Below the pieces are notes generated by a model. The model was given only the letters and a program-made list of their open reading frames with translations, searched no databases and was not told the DNA's origin. 63,737 nucleotides of DNA, taken from an uncultured Bacteroidales bacterium (GTDB taxonomy: Bacteria; Bacteroidota; Bacteroidia; Bacteroidales; JAKIYJ01). The first letter of the stretch is position 1; every line of letters starts with the position of its first letter. Of this stretch, positions 1-8,962 are shown in pieces. The stretch lies in contig CAZDEU010000004.1 in assembly GCA_964504265.1 (NCBI GenBank), forward strand, positions 1 to 63,737, given 5' to 3'. The position numbers and the translations under genes are program-made.

Positions 1-2
1 TT

Positions 3-71
3 GTAGAAGTAAATGCAGGATTTTGCAAAAAATATGATATAAAAGAAGGTGATATAATAAAATTCAGATAA
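3..71 (+). CDS. 3' end of a DUF192-family protein (truncated by window edge)
   Basis: Frame 3 reads VEVNAGFCKKYDIKEGDIIKFR*, matching the typical DUF192 C-terminus (VLEVNAG....GI..GD.I); not in the ORF track. Confidence 0.7.
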   Translation, partial: VEVNAGFCKKYDIKEGDIIKFR

Positions 72-81
72 AAATTATAAT

Positions 82-1521
82 TTATTCTTTTACAAAGCTA
101 TCCAGTTCTTCAATTTCTTCAATAACAGCCTTAACAAAATTAGTTTTGGTGTCAACAAGCAAAATCATAGGAGTAGCAAGTAACGAATATTTATGAGCAA
201 ATTCACTGTTAACTCCGCCAACTGCTCTTAAATGTATCCAACCTGGTAAATCTTTTTTTGCTTCCTCCCATCTCGGAATTTCAGTTTCAGTTTCGTCGAG
301 ACTAACAGCAATTATATCGAGTATTGCTTTATTTTCATCATTGCTATACCATTTTTTTAATTTGTTTTTTTGAATAAAACAATGTTCGCAATCAGCCGAC
401 CAAATAAAAAGCAATTTATATTTTTTAGCATTATAAGAATAAAAATTAAAATCTTTTCCATTATCATCTTTTAAAGTAAAATCGGGAGCAGTAAACCCAG
501 TATTCATTTTCGACAACTCCTGAAGTCTGCGAATGATTTCGCGTTTATTAGCAGTTAAACAATTAGTATCGTCAATATGCTTTTTAATCATCTCAATACC
601 TGGTTTAATATCATACATTTGATAACCATTATTAAAATAATCAACCACCCAACCATAAACATGGGGGTGCCCCTTTGAGGCTTTTTCGCTGGCAATGCGA
701 CCAGCACGAGTAAACAGCGAGTCTCTTAATTCAATACTTGTAGACATTGCTCCATACATACCCATATAAGCATTAAGAAAGCGGTCCGATTCGGGTGTTC
801 TTATAATAAGAGAATCTTTAAAATTAATACCGTCGAAATAATTATTTAATAAAGCCAACACTCTTTCTTCCTGATTCCCGTACCATTTAACAGGTGGCAT
901 ATATTGAAACTGAAATAACCGACTTACAAAAAAATCTTTATAAGTTTCTGTTTGTTCGGCAAGCCATTTATTATATTCTTTACGTCTTTTTTCAAATTCT
1001 TTTGTGCCTTTTTTAAATAAAGAAGATTTGGTATTATCGTAATTAAGCAAAAAGTTTTTCAATAATTCAACAGGCGAGCGTTTAACAGAATTTTCGTTAA
1101 TAAAATAATTATTGATAGTATTTTCTTGTTCGCCAAAAGCAAAAGTTGTGCTATCGCTATTATTCATATACATAGGGTGCATAAAAATTTCAATATCCTG
1201 ATTATAAACAAGTAAAGTTTTTTCAGAAGGATATGGGCTGTCGCCTGGTTTTCCAACATAATCGGCTCTAAGTACAAATTCGCCTGGCAAAAATTTCGCA
1301 GGAATAACAAGTTTAGCTGATTCACCTTTTTTAACTTTATCAATTGTTACAATAGGATTTATTGCTCTGGCACCTTCAAAAGGTGTTAGTGTAAGTTTTG
1401 TTTCTTCTACACCTCTAATATTAACTGTAATAGTTCGGTCGTTTAGCTCCTGTGAATTAATATTTTTATTTGATAGAAATAAAATTATAAAACAAATAAA
1501 GAAATAAAGTTTTGTGTTCAT
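82..1521 (-). CDS. Exported TlpA/AhpC-TSA-type thiol-disulfide oxidoreductase with long N-terminal domains
   Basis: Signal peptide; C-terminal thioredoxin fold with APDFTL, FIWSADCEHC (WxxxCxxC) and ATPMILL cis-Pro loop. Confidence 0.85.
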   Translation of the reverse strand: MNTKLYFFICFIILFLSNKNINSQELNDRTITVNIRGVEETKLTLTPFEGARAINPIVTIDKVKKGESAKLVIPAKFLPGEFVLRADYVGKPGDSPYPSEKTLLVYNQDIEIFMHPMYMNNSDSTTFAFGEQENTINNYFINENSVKRSPVELLKNFLLNYDNTKSSLFKKGTKEFEKRRKEYNKWLAEQTETYKDFFVSRLFQFQYMPPVKWYGNQEERVLALLNNYFDGINFKDSLIIRTPESDRFLNAYMGMYGAMSTSIELRDSLFTRAGRIASEKASKGHPHVYGWVVDYFNNGYQMYDIKPGIEMIKKHIDDTNCLTANKREIIRRLQELSKMNTGFTAPDFTLKDDNGKDFNFYSYNAKKYKLLFIWSADCEHCFIQKNKLKKWYSNDENKAILDIIAVSLDETETEIPRWEEAKKDLPGWIHLRAVGGVNSEFAHKYSLLATPMILLVDTKTNFVKAVIEEIEELDSFVKE

Positions 1522-1677
1522 TTTAATTATACTTAAAATTAGTTAACGGCTTGCAATTTAAGAATTTTTTTATAAATAATAATCTGAATATAAATAAAGA
1601 ACTTATTGTTGTTTATATGTAATTAGTCGTATAAATATAGATATTTGTATTAATATTTTTATATCAAACATTTAAAA

Positions 1678-2700
1678 TTATTTAATTTGATTAACTTTAA
1701 TTGTATCACCCCAAATTAAATCGTTATTATAAAAAGGCTCAATAATTTTAGAATAATTAATAAAATTTTTATCGGGCAAAATTATTTCATATTTTTTTTT
1801 ATTCTTATTAGTAAGCGAATTTTTGCGTAACCAAGGGTTAAAAAGTTTTAGCAATTTGTAGTTAACATTCATTTTTAAGGCAAAATTACCAAGGTCAGCT
1901 ATAGTAGAATCTACAATATATTTTTGAGTTTTAAGGGGTTGATAAAGTTCGTTTTTTCTCAAATAAAAGCCGTATTTTGTTGGTTCTGAAATAATTAGTT
2001 TAAAAGCAATAATTCTGTATACATATCGTGCTGTTTCAGAATTTAGGTTTAAATAATAATAATATTGAGATTTTTGAATATTAACCTGATTTGAAAGTCC
2101 TGTATTTCCCATATTATAAGCAGCAGCCGTCATAGTCCAGTTGTTAAATTTTCTGTTCGATTCTTTAAAATATTTACAAGCGGCATCTGTAGCTTTTTCG
2201 AGGTTGTATCTTTCGTCAACCTCTTCTGTTATTTCAAGATTATAACTTTTAGCAGTAGATTTAAGGAATTGCCAAAAACCTGCAGCTCCTGCGGGCGAAA
2301 CAACATTGTCGAAACCGCTTTCAATTAAAGCAAGATATTTAAAATCGTCGGGAATATTATTTTCTTTAAGAATTGGTTCAATAACAGGAAAATAACGCCA
2401 AGCTCTTTTTATCATAAGCAAAGTATTTGATTGCCAAAATGTATTAACAAGTATTTCGCGTTCAAGAGCTTCGCGTATATAGAACAAGTCAGCAGGTACT
2501 GTTTCGCCTGCAAAATCAACTTTTTGAGGTATGTATGGTGATAATATCCTGTAGTTACTTGTAAAAGCTCTTTGGTAATCAAGGTCAGCTTCAGATTTGT
2601 AATCGTTAAAAGATTGTAACAAAAGAACAGAGAGAACACTAATAAGTAATATAATTATTGTTGGGATTCCCCATTTTAATGTTGAATTATTTAATGTCAT
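1678..2700 (-). CDS. Lytic transglycosylase (SLT domain, MltD-like, no LysM)
   Basis: N-terminal TM anchor; YLALIESGF catalytic Glu, AAGFWQF, DERY..EKAT.AA, AAYNMG and ET..YV motifs. Confidence 0.9.
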   Translation of the reverse strand: MTLNNSTLKWGIPTIIILLISVLSVLLLQSFNDYKSEADLDYQRAFTSNYRILSPYIPQKVDFAGETVPADLFYIREALEREILVNTFWQSNTLLMIKRAWRYFPVIEPILKENNIPDDFKYLALIESGFDNVVSPAGAAGFWQFLKSTAKSYNLEITEEVDERYNLEKATDAACKYFKESNRKFNNWTMTAAAYNMGNTGLSNQVNIQKSQYYYYLNLNSETARYVYRIIAFKLIISEPTKYGFYLRKNELYQPLKTQKYIVDSTIADLGNFALKMNVNYKLLKLFNPWLRKNSLTNKNKKKYEIILPDKNFINYSKIIEPFYNNDLIWGDTIKVNQIK

Positions 2701-2717
2701 AAATAAAAAAAGTATTA

Positions 2718-3791
2718 TTATTTAACATTTTTATTGGCTATATAGAATAAAATTGCAAATAAAAGAATGAAAAATAAACTGTAAACAATAGCATGAACAA
2801 AATACCAGACAGGTATAAAATATAAAACGCTTACCGACAAAAAAGCAAATACAACAGATAATGAAAAGTAAAGAATAGCAATATTTCTATCGCTTAAACC
2901 AATATATGATAAATGATGTGTTGTGTGATCTTTTCCGCCAACAAAAGGAGATTGTCCCTTTCTTATTCTTTTTATAAAAACTGTTGTAGTATCAATAATA
3001 GGTAAAGCAAAAACAAGAGCAACTGAAATAAACCTTTGTGCAATTGTGGTTATTCCTGTTTCGGAGGAAAAGTTCCAAAAAAAAGTTATACCAATAAAAG
3101 CGAGTACTAATCCAAGAAATTGACTGCCTGTATCGCCCATATACATTTTTGAAGGGTGCCAGTTATAAAACAAAAAACCAATAATTGAGGCTAATAAGCC
3201 TATAAGAGAAAAAAGATAAGGCGAATCAAGCCCTGTAAATACTATTAATACAATTATAACAGATAGTATAACAGGAAGTGATATAAGTGAAGTGATAGCG
3301 TCCATATTGTCAAGCATATTTATAGAATTCATCATACCAACAACCCATAATACTGTGAATAAATAATTTATGAAATCATTATTAAAAAAATTAACAAAAG
3401 TACCAGTTAAAATGAGTATTAAAGCACACGCAATTTGTGAAAATAATTTTATCCATACATTTGTATTAAATGCGTCATCGAATAAACCCATTAAAAAGGC
3501 AAGGCTTGTAGCCCAAATAAATCCCAAAAATTGATAATTGTACAGTAATTCTGTTGGGTCTAAAAAATATGGATAAGCCATTACTGACAAAAGGAAACAT
3601 ATATAGAAAGAAATTCCTCCGAACGAAGGTTTATTAACAGCAGCCCAGCGATCTTGAATAACTTCCTTATTTCTTATGCCTAGGGTTTTTGAAAATCTTA
3701 AGAAAAGCCCATTTATTATTATTGAAAAACTTAATGCTACAACAAAAAATATGCTGTATACTAAAATAAAATATTGATTAGAACCTGCCAA
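2718..3791 (-). CDS. MraY-like/WecA-type polyprenyl-phosphate sugar-1-phosphate transferase
   Basis: Polytopic membrane protein; GLFDD, NSINMLDNMD, YMGDTGS and DHTTHH motifs; TTG start. Confidence 0.88.
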   Translation of the reverse strand: MAGSNQYFILVYSIFFVVALSFSIIINGLFLRFSKTLGIRNKEVIQDRWAAVNKPSFGGISFYICFLLSVMAYPYFLDPTELLYNYQFLGFIWATSLAFLMGLFDDAFNTNVWIKLFSQIACALILILTGTFVNFFNNDFINYLFTVLWVVGMMNSINMLDNMDAITSLISLPVILSVIIVLIVFTGLDSPYLFSLIGLLASIIGFLFYNWHPSKMYMGDTGSQFLGLVLAFIGITFFWNFSSETGITTIAQRFISVALVFALPIIDTTTVFIKRIRKGQSPFVGGKDHTTHHLSYIGLSDRNIAILYFSLSVVFAFLSVSVLYFIPVWYFVHAIVYSLFFILLFAILFYIANKNVK

Positions 3792-3818
3792 CTTTTTTAA
3801 AATTTAATTTTAAGAAAA

Positions 3819-3826
3819 CAAAAGTA
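3819..3826 (-). promoter_or_regulatory. Candidate Bacteroidota -7 promoter element (TACTTTTG) for the WecA-like gene
   Basis: Matches TAnnTTTG, 27 nt before the start, intergenic; AT-rich background lowers specificity. Confidence 0.4.
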
Positions 3827-3843
3827 AAAAAAGAATTATGTTT

Positions 3844-4389
3844 TTATACAAAAGGACTAATAAAATCATTAAAAAAGGAGGCAATTTTATCTCTTTCAGA
3901 TACTATGGGCTCATCAACGCCCCAATTAATACCTAATGTAGAGTCATTCCAAAAAATAACACCTTCTGAATCTTTATTATAAAGGCTTGTACATTTATAT
4001 GAAAAAATTGTTTCATCTTCCAAAGTAACAAAACCATGAGCAAAGCCTTCTGGAATATAAAACATAGTATGATTTTCTTCAGTAAGTAAATGCATTTCCC
4101 ATTTCCCGTAAGAAGGCGATTTAGCCCTTATATCAACAGCTACATCCATAACAGCTCCTTTAATTACTCTTACTAACTTACCTTGAGCATAAGGAGGTTT
4201 TTGAAAATGAAGCCCTCTTATTACATTCTTTCCTGATTTTGATTGATTATCTTGAATAAAATTTACATCAATACCAGCATTTTTAAAATGAATTGCATTA
4301 TATGATTCAAAAAAATATCCTCTATTGTCAAAAAACACTTTAGGCTTAATTAAAACCAATCCTTCAATTTCTGATTTAATAAATTCCAT
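3844..4389 (-). CDS. rfbC: dTDP-4-dehydrorhamnose 3,5-epimerase
   Basis: D.RGYFFESY, QDNQSKS, RGLHFQ, QGKLVRV, GFAHGF motifs. Confidence 0.95.
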   Translation of the reverse strand: MEFIKSEIEGLVLIKPKVFFDNRGYFFESYNAIHFKNAGIDVNFIQDNQSKSGKNVIRGLHFQKPPYAQGKLVRVIKGAVMDVAVDIRAKSPSYGKWEMHLLTEENHTMFYIPEGFAHGFVTLEDETIFSYKCTSLYNKDSEGVIFWNDSTLGINWGVDEPIVSERDKIASFFNDFISPFV

Positions 4390-4390
4390 A

Positions 4391-6904
4391 TTATTTTACA
4401 TTTCGTTTGCGTTTGCGTTTTGTGGGCAATGGTATTAGCTTAGATAATTTTTTAAAATAAGTATCTTTTGGTTTTGCTCTTTTCTCTTCATCATAATAAC
4501 CATAGCCATAACCGTAGCCATAACCGTAGCCATAGCCATAGCCATAGCCATAGCCATAACCGTAACCGTAACCGTAACCGTAACCTTTTTTAGATTTATA
4601 TGAATAATATCGGCTTTGTACTTCAACACTATTAAGAACAAAAGACAAACGTGAAATATTGCTACCTTCGATAAGATGCTCCATATTTTCGATAAAAAAG
4701 CGTCTTGAATAGTCTGCTTTGTATACATAAACAGGATAATCGGCTAACTGCAACGACCTCATACCGTCAGTAACAATACCAATAGGTGGGTTATCAATAA
4801 TAATATAATTATAGCGTTTTTTTAGAAGTGCGAGAGCCTGTTCCATTTTAATACCAAGTATAAGCTCATAAGGGTTTGGAGGTACTGGACCAGCAGTAAT
4901 AAAATCAAGATTTTCAAGGTTACTATGTCTGATACAATCTTCAACACTATCTTTCCCCGAAAGAATAGTACTCATACCTCTTTTGTTTTCGACACCAAAG
5001 CCAACGTGAATCTTAGGTTTACGTAAGTCAAGGTCAATTACAACAATTTTTTTGTCTGAGAAAGACAATACGCCCGCAAGATTTATAGAAAAGAATGTTT
5101 TCCCTTCACCTGATATGGTAGAGGTTACAGCAATAACTTTAGAGCCAGGATCATCATTAATAAATTGCAAATTAGTTCTAATAGATCTTAAAGATTCAGC
5201 AATAAGGCTTTTAGGATTTTTATCAACAATTAATTGTGAAACAGGAATTCTATCTTTGTATCTAGGAATAACACCGAGAGCAGGTGCGTCTGTATATTTA
5301 GTAATATCATGCAAAGTTGTAATTGTGTTATATAAAAGGTATTTAGCAACAATAAGAACAATTCCCAAAATAAAACCAATGAGAAAACTACCCATCCATA
5401 TAAGTCTTCGATTAGGCGAAATAGGAGTAGATGGGACAGAAGCATATTGCAGAATTACATTTTTTGAAACATAGCCAGCTTTATCAATTAAGTATTTAGC
5501 TTTAGTGTCGACAAGTTGATTATAAAATCTTTCATTTATTGCGTAAATCCTTTTGAGGCTTGAATATTCAATTCTGTTATATTTTTCTGCTTCATAATTT
5601 AGAAAAGTATCATAGTCATTAATTCTTTGTTCAATTTCAATTTTCTTTTTAGCAATATTTTCTTTTAAAGCCTTAATATGTTCAAAAAGAATTTTTTTCT
5701 GAATATTGATTTGATAATCAATAGCTTTTACTTCACCACTATTATGTGTAACAGAATATAAAAGCAATTCTTTTTTTGTTAATAAGTCTCTTAAAGCACC
5801 AATTAAATTACTAAAAGATGATTGGAATTCACTACCTGAAATAATTGCAATAAGTTTATAAATGTCAATATTTTGCTCTGTAGTAATAAACTGTTCAATA
5901 GTTGCGAGATTGCTTTCTTCAACTGCAAGTTTAATAAGTTGGTTATCTAAGTCAGATACTCGACTTGAAATTGTAGGCAAATATAAGTCTTGAGATTCGT
6001 CAATTTCGTAATTTCTCTTGAAGCTTTCAAGATCATTTTCGGCAGCAATCAAATTATCGTAACTTTTAGACATTTGTTTGTCAATAAATTCAAGAGTTTT
6101 ATCTGCACTTTCAGCTTTTTTAGCTACATCATAAGCTAAAAATTCAACAGCTATGGCATTTACAATATCAGCAACTTTTTCTGGATTCCTATCGGTATAG
6201 GCTATAGATATAGTTTTAGCTTCAGGGTTAGCAATATTTATAAATATACGGTCAGCATAATACCCAGCAATATTTGAAGGATCATTCAATATAAAAAAGA
6301 ATGTACTGTTCAAAAGATTGTATGATGTAGCAATACCCTGTCCTGTATTTCTTAAAGACACATTTAAAGTAACTTCTGGAAAAACTGCAGGTTCACTTAT
6401 AGAGAATTCTTGATTCCTAGAAACATCGCCCGGCAAAAAATATGAAATTGCATAAGTAGCTTTTGAAGTAAATTGAATATATATTGGAATTCCATAAATA
6501 TCTTTATTATTAACTTGAGCATCAACAACATAAGGATTTGTTTTGTATTGTTCCTGATTTAGAATAGTACCCTTTCTGTTATATGTAATATCAAGTGGTA
6601 ATTTCGAAAGGGCTTGTTTAATAAAAACAGGAGATCTCATAAGAGCAATTCTTTCATTCAAACCAGCTCCATCATCTTGTAAATCTAGCGAACCGAGTAG
6701 TAGTCTATTTGTTTTATCCTGAACATCTAATTGAACTAAAGCTCTAGTAGAATAAAAAGGATATGTATATCTTAAATAAACAAAAGCTAAAAAAACAGCT
6801 ATTGTAACAAATACAACAAGAAATATTATATTTTTTTTAGCAATATGAAGGAAAAGCCTTATATCTATTTCGTCATTAAAAGCAGAAATCTTTTTTGTCG
6901 GCAT
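4391..6904 (-). CDS. wzc: Polysaccharide co-polymerase / BY-kinase (Wzc-like)
   Basis: Two TM segments flanking a coiled-coil periplasmic domain; Walker A TSTISGEGKT, DLDLRKP, IIIDNPP; C-terminal Tyr cluster. Confidence 0.93.
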   Translation of the reverse strand: MPTKKISAFNDEIDIRLFLHIAKKNIIFLVVFVTIAVFLAFVYLRYTYPFYSTRALVQLDVQDKTNRLLLGSLDLQDDGAGLNERIALMRSPVFIKQALSKLPLDITYNRKGTILNQEQYKTNPYVVDAQVNNKDIYGIPIYIQFTSKATYAISYFLPGDVSRNQEFSISEPAVFPEVTLNVSLRNTGQGIATSYNLLNSTFFFILNDPSNIAGYYADRIFINIANPEAKTISIAYTDRNPEKVADIVNAIAVEFLAYDVAKKAESADKTLEFIDKQMSKSYDNLIAAENDLESFKRNYEIDESQDLYLPTISSRVSDLDNQLIKLAVEESNLATIEQFITTEQNIDIYKLIAIISGSEFQSSFSNLIGALRDLLTKKELLLYSVTHNSGEVKAIDYQINIQKKILFEHIKALKENIAKKKIEIEQRINDYDTFLNYEAEKYNRIEYSSLKRIYAINERFYNQLVDTKAKYLIDKAGYVSKNVILQYASVPSTPISPNRRLIWMGSFLIGFILGIVLIVAKYLLYNTITTLHDITKYTDAPALGVIPRYKDRIPVSQLIVDKNPKSLIAESLRSIRTNLQFINDDPGSKVIAVTSTISGEGKTFFSINLAGVLSFSDKKIVVIDLDLRKPKIHVGFGVENKRGMSTILSGKDSVEDCIRHSNLENLDFITAGPVPPNPYELILGIKMEQALALLKKRYNYIIIDNPPIGIVTDGMRSLQLADYPVYVYKADYSRRFFIENMEHLIEGSNISRLSFVLNSVEVQSRYYSYKSKKGYGYGYGYGYGYGYGYGYGYGYGYGYGYGYYDEEKRAKPKDTYFKKLSKLIPLPTKRKRKRNVK
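4496..4585 (-). repeat. In-frame hexamer repeat, 15 x GG(T/C)TA(T/C), encoding (GY)15
   Basis: Counted directly: 15 contiguous 6-bp units (90 bp), arranged in runs of identical codon pairs. Confidence 0.97.
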
Positions 6905-6909
6905 TTTTA

Positions 6910-7680
6910 TTATTTTATAATATTTAATATTAATATTACAGTAGACAGCAGAGTTAAATAAGGAGTAAGACCTTCCACAATTCTGGAACTAACCCTGTCG
7001 CGTGGTTGTAAATAAATAATATCTTCAGATTGAAGTATTATATTACCTTGCCTTAACCCATCAATAGTAGATAAATCAATTAAATAAACTTCAGGATTAT
7101 TTAGATCGCCTCTTACAAGTTTTATGCGGTGAGTTTTAACATTGTAAGTACCTCCTGTTCTTGCCATTACTTCTAACAAAGTAGTATTTGGTTTTTCAAG
7201 TGTAACTACCTGAGCATTATTACCGCCTTTAAATACTAGGACTTTCATATCCGAAACTGTTAATAAAGCAAAAGGATCCTGATAAAATTCTGAATATTTA
7301 ACTTCTATAAGTTTTTCAGCTTCACGTAATGTCATGCCTTCAACAAATATTCTATCAATAATAGGAAATCGTATTGTACCATCATATTCAACACGAAAAG
7401 TAGTAAGCCTTTGTTGGTAATTAAGATCACCCATTATTCTTACCATAGTTTCGCCGTTATTTGAAAACAAAGTTAGATGTAATCTGTCGTGTTTTGATAT
7501 TCTATATTCATCAGTATATTCAGGATATTCAGGAAATTTAGCATAAGGGTAGCCAGGCTTCATTCTGAGCATCCTTGAAGGGTCAAAAATCTTACAGGAG
7601 CTTAAAATTAATGATGATAGTATTATTATTATAATAAATTTAAATTTCATTATTTTTATTTTGTTGTTAAAAATTTTCAC
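6910..7680 (-). CDS. wza: Polysaccharide export lipoprotein (Wza/Poly_export-SLBB); true start may be Met at 7650
   Basis: Lipobox LILSSC; YRI...D.L, VEYDGTI.FP, GMTL.EA, SLBB-like segment; adjacent to wzc. Confidence 0.88.
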   Translation of the reverse strand: MKIFNNKIKIMKFKFIIIIILSSLILSSCKIFDPSRMLRMKPGYPYAKFPEYPEYTDEYRISKHDRLHLTLFSNNGETMVRIMGDLNYQQRLTTFRVEYDGTIRFPIIDRIFVEGMTLREAEKLIEVKYSEFYQDPFALLTVSDMKVLVFKGGNNAQVVTLEKPNTTLLEVMARTGGTYNVKTHRIKLVRGDLNNPEVYLIDLSTIDGLRQGNIILQSEDIIYLQPRDRVSSRIVEGLTPYLTLLSTVILILNIIK

Positions 7681-7722
7681 AAAGTCATAATGTTTAGTTA
7701 ATAATAAAACAAAACTACAAAA

Positions 7723-8928
7723 TTAAGATTTTACTTTATTTTTTTCAAGTAATTTAAAATAAAGCTCCGACATATCATTAATCAATCTGGTATAATGAAA
7801 CTTCTCTTTTACGAATTTCCAACCACTTTCAGATAATTTCGCACGTAACTCTTTATCGTTAATTATTTGAAATAGCTTTGTGGAAAATTCATCTTCATTG
7901 CAATTTTTTGTTAACAGTGCTGTTTCATTCGGTAAAACAATATTTTCAATTCCGCCAACATTTGAAGTAACAATTGGTTTGTTTGATGCCTGTGCTTCAA
8001 TTAAACTAACAGGAGTTCCTTCATTTAAGGAAGTAGAAGCAATAATATCCATTCCTGCGTTAACACAGTCAACTTCTTTTATCCACGATGTAAACATTAT
8101 ATCAGTTTTTTCATTAGCTTTTGAAATATCAGATGCCCATGTTAAACCTAAACTTTCAGCAAGACATTGCATTTTCAATCTTTCTTCGCCGTCTCCTACA
8201 ATAAAAGCTCTTATTTTTTTGTCAGTTTGATTTTTAAGTTTTTTTATTGATTTTAAAAATAAAGTATGGTTTTTTATAGGTACTATTCTGCCAATTATAC
8301 CAATTGCGATTTCTTCATTACCAATGCAAAATTTTTCTCTGAATTTTTTTCTTTTCAACTCCATATCTTCCTGAAACCTAGATAAATCAAACCCTAAGGG
8401 AATAATACATATTTTATCTTCAGAACAAATTTTATATTTATATGCAAGGTCATTTTTTTGATTTTCGCTTAATGCAATAATACAAGAAGATTTTTTAGCA
8501 AGATTTCTTTCAATACATTTATAAACTCCAGCTTTTAAATTGCTAAAGTAAGCATCAAACACATGACCGTGAAAAGTATGAACAATAACAGGCACTTTTA
8601 GTTCAAAGGCTGCTTTTCGACCTAAGGCGCCAGCTTTTGAAGCATGAGTATGAACGATGTCGGGCTTGAAATCTGAAATAATTTTTTTTATTTTTTTTAA
8701 AGCAATATGATCCTGAAACGGATTTATAGATCTTTTCATTTCAGGAATTATCAACGGCTCTAAGCCCAGATTTCTAACAATATACTCTGAATTTTCTTCT
8801 GACTTCTCCTTGTCTCCGCCAATTAATAAAGTTTCAAAATCAGGTGACATATAACGCGATAAGTAAGCAGCATTATACGTTGGACCGCCTAAATTGAACC
8901 TGTTAATTATTCTTAATACTTTCGGCAT
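7723..8928 (-). CDS. Glycosyltransferase family 4 (GT-B)
   Basis: PDIVHTHASKAG, HTFHGH, SLNEGTPVSLIEA (EX7E) and TSNVGG motifs. Confidence 0.92.
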   Translation of the reverse strand: MPKVLRIINRFNLGGPTYNAAYLSRYMSPDFETLLIGGDKEKSEENSEYIVRNLGLEPLIIPEMKRSINPFQDHIALKKIKKIISDFKPDIVHTHASKAGALGRKAAFELKVPVIVHTFHGHVFDAYFSNLKAGVYKCIERNLAKKSSCIIALSENQKNDLAYKYKICSEDKICIIPLGFDLSRFQEDMELKRKKFREKFCIGNEEIAIGIIGRIVPIKNHTLFLKSIKKLKNQTDKKIRAFIVGDGEERLKMQCLAESLGLTWASDISKANEKTDIMFTSWIKEVDCVNAGMDIIASTSLNEGTPVSLIEAQASNKPIVTSNVGGIENIVLPNETALLTKNCNEDEFSTKLFQIINDKELRAKLSESGWKFVKEKFHYTRLINDMSELYFKLLEKNKVKS

Positions 8929-8944
8929 TATACTATTTTAAGAC

Positions 8945-8953
8945 GCAAAGTTA
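8945..8953 (-). promoter_or_regulatory. Candidate -7 promoter element (TAACTTTGC) upstream of GT4
   Basis: Exact TAnnTTTG(C) match 16 nt before the start, in the asnB-GT4 gap. Confidence 0.55.
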
Positions 8954-8962
8954 CAAAATCAA

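Noticed and set aside
4435-4728. 97-aa ORF with VTVTVT/MAMAMA repeats
   Set aside because: Alternative-frame reading of the wzc GY hexamer array; no independent coding evidence
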